This document shows, piece after piece, positions 29,720 to 38,019 of a stretch of DNA of 47,385 nucleotides. This DNA comes from Gemmatimonadota bacterium (GTDB lineage: Bacteria; Gemmatimonadota; Gemmatimonadetes; Gemmatimonadales; Gemmatimonadaceae), in assembly GCA_040389905.1 (NCBI GenBank), contig JAZJZK010000001.1, forward strand, positions 1 through 47,385. The letters run 5' to 3'. Under the pieces are notes generated by a model. That model did not search any database. It worked only from the letters and a program-made list of their open reading frames with translations, and had not been told where the DNA came from. A program made the translations under genes and the position numbers. Within the stretch, counting starts at the first letter, position 1; the number at the start of each line of letters is the position of its first letter.

Positions 29720-31232
29720 TGTCAAGCGCGGATAGAAATGTCCCCTTCGCGGAGCGGATAGAAATGTCCCCTTGGTTAGAGTGCAAACTCAAAATCAGGG
29801 CTGGTGGTCAACAGGTCGTCGGTCGCGCGGCTGGCGCGTTACAGGATAGAGACGCCACGGATGATCCGGTGCGGGGCGTGATGGCGGACGAAACGCCGCG
29901 ACCGGCGGGGCATCGACGATCGGTGGTGCGATCGGCCGGGCGACGGGAGCGCGCGCGATCGCCGGCGTCCACGCGCAGACCCGCTCGCGTCCGTCGCGTC
30001 CGACATGGATGACCCGCACGCGTTGGTCGACCGTCTCGCGCACCAGCACCTGACTCTTCGCGGGCACGCGGCCGCGCGCGGCACGATCCAGTTGCAGGCC
30101 CTGGCCCTGGTACTGGACGACATAGTCCTGGCCCACCACGCGCGTCTCCTCGAGACAGAAGACATCGTCGTCCCGCAGGCGCCGATCGCGCGCGCGATGA
30201 TGATCGACGGCACTCGCCGGCGCCACCGCGAAGCGCGCGTTGTGCGTCGGGAGATACGTCGCGCCGAGGTACGCATTCGCGGCCGTATCGTCGCTGATCC
30301 CCCGCAGCCGCATCTTCTTGATGAGCCGATCCTGCTGGGTCCCGTGACTCCGCTCCACCCGCCCCTTCGCCTGGGGACTCGCCGCGCCGATGATGGCGAT
30401 GTCGAGCTTCTGGCACATGCGACCGAAGGCCGTGTAGGGCGTGTCGCCGCGCGCCCGCTCGTTGACCGTCGGTTCCCGCTTGTAGACGTTCTTCCAATCG
30501 GTGTACAGCGCCCGCGGCACGCCGTGCGCGTCGATCCACGCCCGCAGCAGCGCGACGGCGGCCCACGTCGTTTCCTCCGCGCCGAACTGGAGCAGCGTCG
30601 TGCTGGTCGCGTCATCGACCAACGCCATCATGCAGCTGCGTTTGCCCGCGCGCTCCCCACGGCCTTCAAACCAATCGTGAAAGCTGCCGTCGAGCTGGAG
30701 CAGCTCGCCGAAGTGCGCTTTCCGCTCGCGACGCACCTTGGTGGGCCGGCTCCGCCGCACGCGACTCCAGAGGCCCGCGTCGCGCATCCAGTCGCGCAAC
30801 GTCGAGCGCGCCACCAGCATCGCGTGATCGATCCAGAGATGTTCCGCCACCAACGTCGGGCCGAAGCGCTGCCCGGGTCCCTTGGCCAGCGGGCCGCTGT
30901 AGTGCGCGCGAATCAAGGCGAGGACGGCGGCCCGCTCCGTCGCCGCGCACGCGCGATTCGACGGTCGGCCCACATTCCCATGCACCAGCGCCTTCGCGCC
31001 ATGGGCGCGATACCGGCGCCAGATGCGCTTCGCCTGTCGATAGCTCACACCCAACAACGGCACGGCATCCGTCAATGTCAGCGTGCCGGCCGCGACCCGC
31101 GCCAGCACCGATCCTCGGGAAATCTCTTTACGACTCATCGCTGTCCGCTCCACACCAACCTCCTCAGAGGCCAGTAGGTTAGGGGACAGTTCTATCCGCG
31201 TCCCGAGGGGACACTATCATCCGCCGACAACA
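29720..31232 (-). mobile_element. Insertion sequence, IS1202-family (ISNCY), 1513 bp
   Basis: 5'-TGT...ACA-3' ends; two copies of GCGGATAGAAATGTCCCCTT at the left end and two inverted variants at the right end (31181-31224); flanked by a duplicated GGGGGGCGAGAAACAG. Confidence 0.88.
29795..31153 (-). CDS. DDE transposase (ISNCY/IS1202 type)
   Basis: 452 aa; N-terminal HTH (LLGVSYRQAKRI), HGNVGR, LLQLDGSFHDWF, LYTDWKN, SPQAKGRVERSHGTQQDRL. Confidence 0.92.
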   Translation of the reverse strand: MERTAMSRKEISRGSVLARVAAGTLTLTDAVPLLGVSYRQAKRIWRRYRAHGAKALVHGNVGRPSNRACAATERAAVLALIRAHYSGPLAKGPGQRFGPTLVAEHLWIDHAMLVARSTLRDWMRDAGLWSRVRRSRPTKVRRERKAHFGELLQLDGSFHDWFEGRGERAGKRSCMMALVDDATSTTLLQFGAEETTWAAVALLRAWIDAHGVPRALYTDWKNVYKREPTVNERARGDTPYTAFGRMCQKLDIAIIGAASPQAKGRVERSHGTQQDRLIKKMRLRGISDDTAANAYLGATYLPTHNARFAVAPASAVDHHRARDRRLRDDDVFCLEETRVVGQDYVVQYQGQGLQLDRAARGRVPAKSQVLVRETVDQRVRVIHVGRDGRERVCAWTPAIARAPVARPIAPPIVDAPPVAAFRPPSRPAPDHPWRLYPVTRQPRDRRPVDHQP

Positions 31233-31300
31233 GGGGGGCGAGAAACAGGGCGAGAAACAGGGGGCGAGAAACAGGGCGAGAAACAGGGGGCGAGAAACAG
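31233..31300 (+). repeat. Five tandem copies of G(2-6)CGAGAAACAG (expanded target-site duplication)
   Basis: Units at 31233-31248, 31249-31260, 31261-31274, 31275-31286, 31287-31300; a single copy at the left flank 29703-29718. Confidence 0.9.
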
Positions 31301-31466
31301 CCCGCTGGGCGCTACGCGCCCAGCTTGACTGCAAACAGCCACTGAGCTGCAGTTTTATCTGTCCAGCGAGCGTCAGCGAGCGGGCCGTCAAACGAGCGAA
31401 GCGAATGGGCTGTCAAGCGTGGCGCGAAGCGCCCGCGAGCCGTCAAGCGAGCGTGAGCGAGCGGGC
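31299..31466. repeat. Intergenic repeat / MITE-like element, family B, copy 2
   Basis: Exact 29-bp core at 31361-31389; terminal inverted repeat GCCCGCT/AGCGGGC; homologous to 2174-2323. Confidence 0.8.
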
Positions 31467-31491
31467 ATTCAGGTAGCAGCGAACGGGGCTG

Positions 31492-31935
31492 CTACTCGCC
31501 ACCAAGGCGCCGCGAAAGAACAACCAGTCTCCGCGCCAACTCGAGAATCCGCCCCACCGCCGCGCGTTGCCCCTCTGGCATTGGTTCGAGCGAAAGCAGC
31601 TGTGCCTCAGCCAGCAGGGCCGTGAGCGGATTGCTGAACGCGTGTTGAAGCGTCAAGGCAGCGCCGCCGAGGGCAAGCTGCGCGCGCATGCCGGTGAGTT
31701 CACGAAGTGCGGCGTCGATGTCCGCGTCGTAACCGCGCTCGACTCCGTGTGTCAGACGATACTCCCGTTCCGCGAGGAGCGCGCGGATGAGCCGGTCGGC
31801 ATCGTGATCGGGAAGCAGTTGCGCGATGAGTTCGCGCGCCAGGGACATCGAGCCCGCGGGTTCTGCAACGATCGCGGCACCGGACGTTCGCAGGCCGGGT
31901 CCGTTCGCGATCCGATCGAGGTAACTTTGTTCCAT
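31492..31935 (-). CDS. Stand-alone histidine-kinase dimerisation/phosphoacceptor (HisKA-like) protein lacking an ATPase domain
   Basis: 147 aa; H-box-like ALTLQHAFSNPLTALLAEAQLL followed by one helix and a stop; GAGG upstream. Confidence 0.65.
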   Translation of the reverse strand: MEQSYLDRIANGPGLRTSGAAIVAEPAGSMSLARELIAQLLPDHDADRLIRALLAEREYRLTHGVERGYDADIDAALRELTGMRAQLALGGAALTLQHAFSNPLTALLAEAQLLSLEPMPEGQRAAVGRILELARRLVVLSRRLGGE

Positions 31936-32530
31936 GGCTTCCTCTTCTCAACACGATGTGACTGCCGCGTTCGCGGCCGCCGTACAAGAGTATCGGCAGC
32001 GCGGCGATATCGCAGTACTAATTGACCGCATAAAGGATCTTTCCAACGCAACCGATCCAGAAACACTCGGGCGTGTTTCAGCGCCGTATCGCGATCTGCC
32101 CGAAGTGGTGATCCCGGTATATGAGCGTGTGGTGGCGGCGTCTCCGCACGACGCGCAGGCGATGGTAATCCTCGCGAACGCGTACTGGATCACGGGGCGC
32201 GGATCGGATGTTGTTGGCGCATTGGCCTCGCGTGCCATTTCTGTGGACGCGGGCAACCGGGGCGCGTGGCACCTGTGGGCGTTAAGTGAGTCCAATCCTC
32301 GTGAGCGTGTCGAACGGTGGACGCTCGTCACCACGCACTTTCCAACGGACCAGCTGGCGCGCGCGGCGCTGGCGGACAACGCCGCGAGCCTCGCCGGCGC
32401 TGAACACGACCCACTCGCGCTGGATCTCGCCGTTCGCACGTACGAGGGACTCTGGGCCGAGGCGAGCCGTGCGGAGGAGCGTCTCGCGCTCGAGGAGACG
32501 ATTGCGAAGTTGAAAGGCTGGAAACTCTAG
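31934..32530 (+). CDS. Hypothetical helical-repeat protein
   Basis: 198 aa Ala-rich helical ORF with TPR-like segments (YERVVAASPHDAQAMVILANAYW; AISVDAGNRGAWHLWA); start uncertain. Confidence 0.65.
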   Translation: MASSSQHDVTAAFAAAVQEYRQRGDIAVLIDRIKDLSNATDPETLGRVSAPYRDLPEVVIPVYERVVAASPHDAQAMVILANAYWITGRGSDVVGALASRAISVDAGNRGAWHLWALSESNPRERVERWTLVTTHFPTDQLARAALADNAASLAGAEHDPLALDLAVRTYEGLWAEASRAEERLALEETIAKLKGWKL

Positions 32531-32931
32531 GCGCTCTGTCCTCGCGCATCGCGCGCGCGTTTCGGCGCGATGGTGTCGACGGCGGCGATGAGCTCGCGCA
32601 ACTCGAACGGCTTCCGAATCGCGGGGCAGCGACAGGAGAGAATGAGCTTGTGTGCGCGCTCGGTGATGTCGCCCGTCATGAAGAGCGTCTGCGTGCGCAG
32701 GTGCGGATGTGTCGCTGCGGCGAGCTCGAACACCACGTCGCCGCGCGTATCTGGAATGCGCAAGTCGATCACCAGCACGTCGATATGCTCGGAGCGGAGC
32801 GTGGCGAGCGCGCTATCACCCGACTGGGCCGTCCGCGCGTCGTAGCCTGCACGCGTGAGCGCGATCGAGAGCGCTCGGCAGATTGCCGGCTCGTCATCCA
32901 CAACAAGAACCCGTATTAGATCCGACTGCAT
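32527..32931 (-). CDS. Single-domain response regulator (CheY-like)
   Basis: 134 aa; VLVVDDE, phospho-Asp in LVIDLRIP, FMTG, RKPF. Confidence 0.92.
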   Translation of the reverse strand: MQSDLIRVLVVDDEPAICRALSIALTRAGYDARTAQSGDSALATLRSEHIDVLVIDLRIPDTRGDVVFELAAATHPHLRTQTLFMTGDITERAHKLILSCRCPAIRKPFELRELIAAVDTIAPKRARDARGQSA

Positions 32932-32995
32932 CCCGTAGTCTCACGCCTCGTGCATGGCCCGTCGTTCGGTACCAAGCGCCGCGGCGTCGCGAGCA

Positions 32996-33805
32996 CTACG
33001 GTGGTGAACGATCGGTTGATTCTTCTTCCTCCGCATCGGGCTGGCGCAGTCGATTCGCCAGGAGCCGGACGAACATCTCTGGTGGAACGGAGCGCCGAAT
33101 CTCCTTGGGCGCGCGTCCCGTCCAGTCGTGCAACAAACTGCTCAGCGTATCGGGATCCGCATACCCGAGCTTTGCCGATATTTCCTTCAACCTGCTTCCG
33201 GGCGCGCGCAACAACGTGTAGGCCCTGAGTAACCGCGCGCAGATGATGAGATGCCGCGGTTGCAATCCTGCCGGCGTCATGTGCCGGTAAAGTGACCGGG
33301 GAGCCATTCCGGCCAGCCGTGCCAGCTCCTGACTGTTCTTCACGCGAGCGGGTGAGCGGAAGAGCTGCTCGATTGCCCGTGTCACAACCACTGGCAGCGC
33401 CCGCAGGGGAGTCGCCAGTTCCTGCAACATCAACTCCGCCATCGGGTGAGCCGGCACGCGCTCGATGAGGTCGAGGAAGCGGCGCGGTTCGTCGTCGAAG
33501 CGGTTGAGCACGACCTGATGAACGCCGAGTGGAGCCAGTCGCACGACGAGCCGGATGGCCATGGGTGCGAGCGTCGTGTAGACGATGACGGGGAGGGTAG
33601 GGTGTCCCGCGATCATCTCCACGATTTCGTCGGAGAACTGTCCCTCGCGCATGGCCGGATCGACGATCAGGAGATCCGCCGCCTCGGCCCTGAGGAGTGA
33701 GTGCAGCTCCGCCGGATCTGCGGCCGCATTGAGGACGTGCAAGTCCCCAAGCACAACGCGCAGATGCGTCAACAGGTTGCGTGGCAGCAAAACGACGACG
33801 TGCAA
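32996..33805 (-). CDS. AraC-family regulator with atypical receiver-like N-terminus (copy 1, intact)
   Basis: 269 aa, TTG start; DLLIVDP and PVIVYT; two HTHs ELARLAGMAPRSLYRHM and LKEISAKLGYADPDTLS. Confidence 0.85.
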   Translation of the reverse strand: MHVVVLLPRNLLTHLRVVLGDLHVLNAAADPAELHSLLRAEAADLLIVDPAMREGQFSDEIVEMIAGHPTLPVIVYTTLAPMAIRLVVRLAPLGVHQVVLNRFDDEPRRFLDLIERVPAHPMAELMLQELATPLRALPVVVTRAIEQLFRSPARVKNSQELARLAGMAPRSLYRHMTPAGLQPRHLIICARLLRAYTLLRAPGSRLKEISAKLGYADPDTLSSLLHDWTGRAPKEIRRSVPPEMFVRLLANRLRQPDAEEEESTDRSPP

Positions 33806-33834
33806 TGACGGGCTGGAGAGGGGTTGGCGAGAAT

Positions 33835-33862
33835 ACCGGGTTTTTGGTCACAAAATGCCGGT
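33835..33862. promoter_or_regulatory. Candidate operator between AraC copy 1 and the peptide gene
   Basis: Imperfect palindrome ACCGGGTTTTTG-GTCA-CAAAATGCCGGT; GTCACAAAATGCCGGT matches 14/16 the motif upstream of TPR copy 1. Confidence 0.5.
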
Positions 33863-33937
33863 TTACCCGCCGCCTCGCGAGCCTAGCCTTCCGGTGTGGT
33901 TCTAATCGAACCGTGTTTCCCACCACCGGAGTCTACA

Positions 33938-34063
33938 ATGTCGCGTCGTCAAATCGCTTTTCTGGTTATTGCGCTGGCCTCCTTTGCGGTTTCTGCATGT
34001 GGGTCGTCGCCGACGGCGCCGAAGCGTGATGATACGATCGTAACGGTTGGTGGCACGGGCTGA
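33938..34063 (+). CDS. 41-aa secreted lipoprotein-type peptide, candidate signalling propeptide
   Basis: Below the ORF-track cutoff; GGAG 6 nt before ATG; MSRRQIAFLVIALASFAVSACGSSPTAPKRDDTIVTVGGTG: basic n-region, hydrophobic h-region, lipobox VSAC. Confidence 0.8.
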   Translation: MSRRQIAFLVIALASFAVSACGSSPTAPKRDDTIVTVGGTG

Positions 34064-34074
34064 AATCCTTTCGG

Positions 34075-35313
34075 CTAGCGCAGAACCACATGCGCAGTCT
34101 GTCGCGCGTGTATTTCTCGAACAATTTCTGCAAGCCCGTCTGGAATGGGTGACTCATCCTGCGCAACTCGGGGAATATCCGAAAGCCCTGCCAGTTGAGC
34201 TTCAGCGTGAAATACAAGCCGATTGTATCCGTATTGTTGCGCGAACTCGATGGCGTTTACGAGATTGCGGCGCGCGCCCTCGTTGTTCCCAAGTCGCGAG
34301 AGGCCCTCGCCTGCGTGGACGAGAAACTGCGCGCGGAGCAGCGGCGGCAGCGCCTGACCATCCAGGTAACGACGGTGACGTTCAAAGAGGGGCAATGATC
34401 CGTCGTCGGACGCGATTTCCATCAGGTTGATGATCGCGGCCCACCGTACGTACTGCTCCTGCGCCGTTACGGAGAGCAGAACATACGCGTCTCGTGCGGC
34501 GCTTCGGATTCCCAGCTTGTAAAATGCTCCGGCAATGTCCGCGAGCATTCGATCGCGCGCCCGATCGTCTCCGAGTTTGTCGAGCGCTTCATATCCGAGT
34601 TTAATTGCGTACTCATAGTCGCCCTTCAAGTGGGCAACGTCCGATCGCTCCTGGATGGCGGCGGCGCGAAACTGCTGGAGATCCGCGAGCTCGGCGCGCC
34701 GAATCGTGTCGTCGAGCATGATTTCGGCGCGCGGATAGTTGCCACGCGCAACGGAAACCTTCGCCTCAGCGATACGCGCGTGCAGCGATCCAACCAAGTC
34801 GCCGACGGCCTGCGCGATGATACCCGCCTGAGCTGCCACTTCTTCGGCAACGTCGAGTTCACCAAGCTGGCGACGGCAGATGCTCAGGCGAACGTGCGCG
34901 CGAATCGCATCGTCACTCTCCTGTGTTGGATGTGTGTACGCGATGACCGTTTCGTATACGTCGGCTGCGAGATGCCACTTGGCATCGGTGTCCAGGCTCT
35001 GCGCATACGCCATGAGTCGCGGCGCAACGACATGCATGTCGCCACAGCGCGCTGACGTCAGCGCATCGAGCGTACTCGTGAGAATCGCGCGAGCGGGCGT
35101 GCCCAGCGGCATCTCCTCAATTGCGGCTGCAACCGAGCGAATACCCCAGCCATCGGCAGCGACGGCCGCCGCACCTTCCTCAATCCACGTGTCGACGAGA
35201 CGCAGCACGACTAGCCCCGCGCTCACCGACCGCCACGACGGATCGTTCTCGTCGAGCGACGCCAGCTCGGAAAAAAACGGCATGTGCCGCAATGGCTGCG
35301 TTGGCTCGAACAC
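34075..35313 (-). CDS. TPR-like helical-repeat protein (copy 1, intact)
   Basis: 412 aa, GTG start after GAGGAG; repeats such as RGNYPRAEIML and KGDYEYAIKLGYEAL; no signal peptide; paralog of 36411-37676. Confidence 0.82.
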   Translation of the reverse strand: MFEPTQPLRHMPFFSELASLDENDPSWRSVSAGLVVLRLVDTWIEEGAAAVAADGWGIRSVAAAIEEMPLGTPARAILTSTLDALTSARCGDMHVVAPRLMAYAQSLDTDAKWHLAADVYETVIAYTHPTQESDDAIRAHVRLSICRRQLGELDVAEEVAAQAGIIAQAVGDLVGSLHARIAEAKVSVARGNYPRAEIMLDDTIRRAELADLQQFRAAAIQERSDVAHLKGDYEYAIKLGYEALDKLGDDRARDRMLADIAGAFYKLGIRSAARDAYVLLSVTAQEQYVRWAAIINLMEIASDDGSLPLFERHRRYLDGQALPPLLRAQFLVHAGEGLSRLGNNEGARRNLVNAIEFAQQYGYNRLVFHAEAQLAGLSDIPRVAQDESPIPDGLAEIVREIHARQTAHVVLR

Positions 35314-35393
35314 TCAGCTTCTCTCCTCGACACGATGATTCAGCGGGCACTTCACTACGTGGGGAGTGTCGGCACTTTCATCAAAAGCATCAA

Positions 35394-35430
35394 GGGGGTT
35401 TTTCTGACGGAAACACCGGTGTTTTGTGAC
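35394..35430 (-). promoter_or_regulatory. Candidate operator upstream of TPR copy 1
   Basis: Minus strand GTCACAAAACACCGGT (35430-35415), a related GTCAGAAAAACCCCC 22 bp further on, and a perfect palindrome AAACACCGGTGTTT at 35411-35424. Confidence 0.5.
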
Positions 35431-35607
35431 GTTATCCACATCGCACGTGACACCAAAATGATTGTTCGTCAGAAGAACATTCGGCGAATTCCGCGATTAG
35501 AAAACTCTAGGCGAGAAACACTTCGTTAGGTGGTAACGAAAATCTCCTCGGCGTCGACGTGAGCTCGTACCAACAGCAACTGATGCACATCGCTCGGCCT
35601 CTTGCGC

Positions 35608-36411
35608 TCACCGCGCGACCGCAAGGCCCGCGTCACTATCGGCTGAGCGAAGCAGTCTGGCGACGACCATTGTGACGAATTGCTCTGGCGGAAGGGCGTC
35701 GCGCGCCGCTGTCGGCGTGAGCCCTGTCCAGTCACGCATGAGATCGCTGAGTGTGCGCGGATCTGCGAATTGGAGCCTGGCGTTGATCTGCTTCATCTGG
35801 CTGCCCGGCATGCGCACGAGTGAGTAGGCCCGCACGACGTGAGAGCAGTCAATGAGATGTCGTGGTTGAAGTCCAGCGGCGGCCATGCGCCGATACATCG
35901 ACCGGCGTGTCATGCCCGCCAACTCGGCCAACTCTGCGCCATGCTTCACACGCGTCGGGGACCGAAACATAAGCTCGATGGCGCGGACGAGTCTCACGGG
36001 AAGGCCAGACGTCAGCTGCGAGATCTCACGCAACATGGTTGCCTCGACAGGATCCAGCAGAATGCGATCCATCAACTCGAGGAAGAGCTGCGTGCCATCA
36101 TCGATGTCATAAAGCATCAGATGTCGAACGCCAAACTGTCCCAGGCGAAGTGTCAGCCCCATCGCTTTGGCGGAGACGTTCGTGTATATCAAGATGGGAC
36201 GATGATCCAGCCGGTCTTCCGCGCACGTGAAGGCGTCCACGAATTCACTGTCCCGCCACGTCGGGTCCACGACGAGCACATCTCCGTCACGGGACAAACT
36301 CGGCTAGAGAGCCTCATGCGCGTCGCACGCCGCATGAACGTGGTATGCGTCGCCAGCCAGGACGATCAGCCGAGTCAGCATCGCTGCGGGGAGCAGGGCG
36401 ATGATACGCAC
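35608..36411 (-). pseudogene. AraC-family regulator copy 2, interrupted by an in-frame TAG at codon 36
   Basis: From GTG 36411: MRIIALLPAAMLTRLIVLAGDAYHVHAACDAHEAL*PSLSRDGDVLVVDP..., collinear with copies 1 and 3; TAG at 36306-36304; the remaining 229 codons are open. Confidence 0.8.
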
Positions 36412-37676
36412 TAATCGAGCTCACCGCGATGCTCACACCCAATGAGTGCGAGCTCGCGCAGCGATCTCAGGTCAGCGACAATCGACTCGATATCGTTCGG
36501 TACGACGGAGGCCGGCGCCGGTGCTCGCTGATCCGTCAACGTCGAAGTGACGGCAATGGCGTTCTCACAGGCAAAGATGAGTTGATTGAATTCGTGCGTG
36601 CAGGCGCGCTCCAGTGCTCGGACAATCCATGGGTCGGCCTCATCGCGCTCACCGAGCATCTGATAGCTCCGGCCAGCGTGCAGCTCGAATTGCGTGCGGA
36701 AGGCCGGCGACAGGTCCGCCCCGGTCAGGCGCCTTCTATAGTCGTCGAACTCTACCCTGTTTCCATCCGCCGCCGCGAGCTCCATCAGGTTGATCATGCA
36801 GGCCGAGCGCAGAACGTTTTCCTCCGCCGTAAAGGCAAGGATCAGGAAGGCATCGCGAGCGGCGGCCCGAACGCCAAGCATGACAAAGCTGCTCGCGAGA
36901 TCACCGAGGATTCGCTCCCGTAGCGACAGCTCCGTCGCTCCTTGCAACGCCGCGTATCCAAACCGTAGGGCCGCGTGGTACTGTCCCCGAGCGAACGATA
37001 CGGCCGCAAGCTCGTGAAGGGCCACGGAGCGCACGTCGCCGAGTGAGGACTCCTCCGCCAGACGGGCGGTATCCGTCAGCATGCGCTCGCCGAGTGGCAG
37101 GTTTCCGCGAAGGTAAGCGAGCTTCCCGAGCCCGATCCGCGCCTCCAGTTGACCTCGCACAGACGCACCGCGTCGCGCGAGTTCAGTGGCGTCGTTATAA
37201 GAGAGTGCCGCCTCATCGATCCGGCCGAGGTCGCGAAGGCAGGCGCCGCGCCGGTTCATCGCATCAACGACAACGTGCGAATTGTCCGCGACATCCAGAT
37301 GCTCGATGATCGTGTCGTACACGTCCAGCGCCAAGGCCCACTCCCCGGCGCGTTGGAGGGCGGCGCCATACTCGACCAGCGCAATCCCGGCGGGCCTCCG
37401 ATCGGTCTCCGCAGCGCCGCGCATGGCATCGAGCAGGTTCTCCAGCGCACCGCGAATCGCAGACACGCCGGGCATCTCCGCCAGTTCACGGCGAGTGGAT
37501 CTCTCCAACTGAGTGTTGTCGCTGAGCGCCATGGCGCCGGCTCGCATCCATGTGTCCACGAGCCGCAGCGCGAGTAGGCCGGCGCGGGCGCTGGTTGACG
37601 ACGCTACGCCATCCTGGAGCGACGCAATTCGCTCGATGAATATGAGGTGCTTCACCGGCTGCTGAGTCGCACCCAA
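36411..37676 (-). CDS. TPR-like helical-repeat protein (copy 2, intact)
   Basis: 421 aa, TTG start after GAGGA; shares AGL..LRL.DTW, W.LA.DVY.T, RGN.P, LG.R.AARDA, INLME.A, N.L.F..E with copy 1; its stop overlaps the AraC2 start (TAGTG). Confidence 0.82.
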   Translation of the reverse strand: MGATQQPVKHLIFIERIASLQDGVASSTSARAGLLALRLVDTWMRAGAMALSDNTQLERSTRRELAEMPGVSAIRGALENLLDAMRGAAETDRRPAGIALVEYGAALQRAGEWALALDVYDTIIEHLDVADNSHVVVDAMNRRGACLRDLGRIDEAALSYNDATELARRGASVRGQLEARIGLGKLAYLRGNLPLGERMLTDTARLAEESSLGDVRSVALHELAAVSFARGQYHAALRFGYAALQGATELSLRERILGDLASSFVMLGVRAAARDAFLILAFTAEENVLRSACMINLMELAAADGNRVEFDDYRRRLTGADLSPAFRTQFELHAGRSYQMLGERDEADPWIVRALERACTHEFNQLIFACENAIAVTSTLTDQRAPAPASVVPNDIESIVADLRSLRELALIGCEHRGELD

Positions 37677-38019
37677 GGGGTCCTCGAGAAGAAGGGAACA
37701 ATGAATCGACGATTCACTATGCGTGCGTACGCAGCGTGCCTATTCTGTCCCAATGCCCCGATCGTCGCAAGCCCGACGTTAATGAGCGGCGACTATCAGC
37801 TATTGCGCGACTTCCCACAGGACAGGAAGGCACAAGGCCGGACGCCTCTTAGAGTGCCGCGCGGCAGCGGGATGGCTCAAGAACCACGGCAAGATGTCTC
37901 AGCCAGCACCTTGCGGCACCGGCGAAGGTAGGGCTCCAGGGCATCGTCACCGGCGAAGAATGGCAACGGCGCCACTCGAAAGAGCGCACGTCGACCGCAT
38001 CTTGCCGCGAGAAGTTGGT

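Noticed and set aside
31233..31300. Tandem repeats as a CRISPR array
   Set aside because: Units are 12-16 bp with no unique spacers and no cas genes; better explained by the IS target site.
35432..35440. Perfect DnaA box TTATCCACA as oriC
   Set aside because: Single box; no cluster and no dnaA/dnaN context.
32522..35513. 12-bp direct repeat AAACTCTAGGCG (32522-32533, 35502-35513) bracketing the receiver gene and cassette 1
   Set aside because: 12-mer matches are expected by chance in 47 kb and there is no integrase; needs an empty-site comparison.
35510..35520. GGCGAGAAACA matching the IS target unit
   Set aside because: Only 11 bp and no IS end adjacent.
36304..36306. Amber recoding (pyrrolysine or readthrough) in AraC copy 2
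   Set aside because: TAG is an ordinary stop for many genes here, no pyl genes are visible, and neighbouring paralogs carry other lesions.
37701..37931. Short + ORF (MNRRFTMRAYAAC...) as a second peptide gene
   Set aside because: No proper hydrophobic h-region or lipobox, and it overlaps the presumed TPR2 promoter; cannot be supported.
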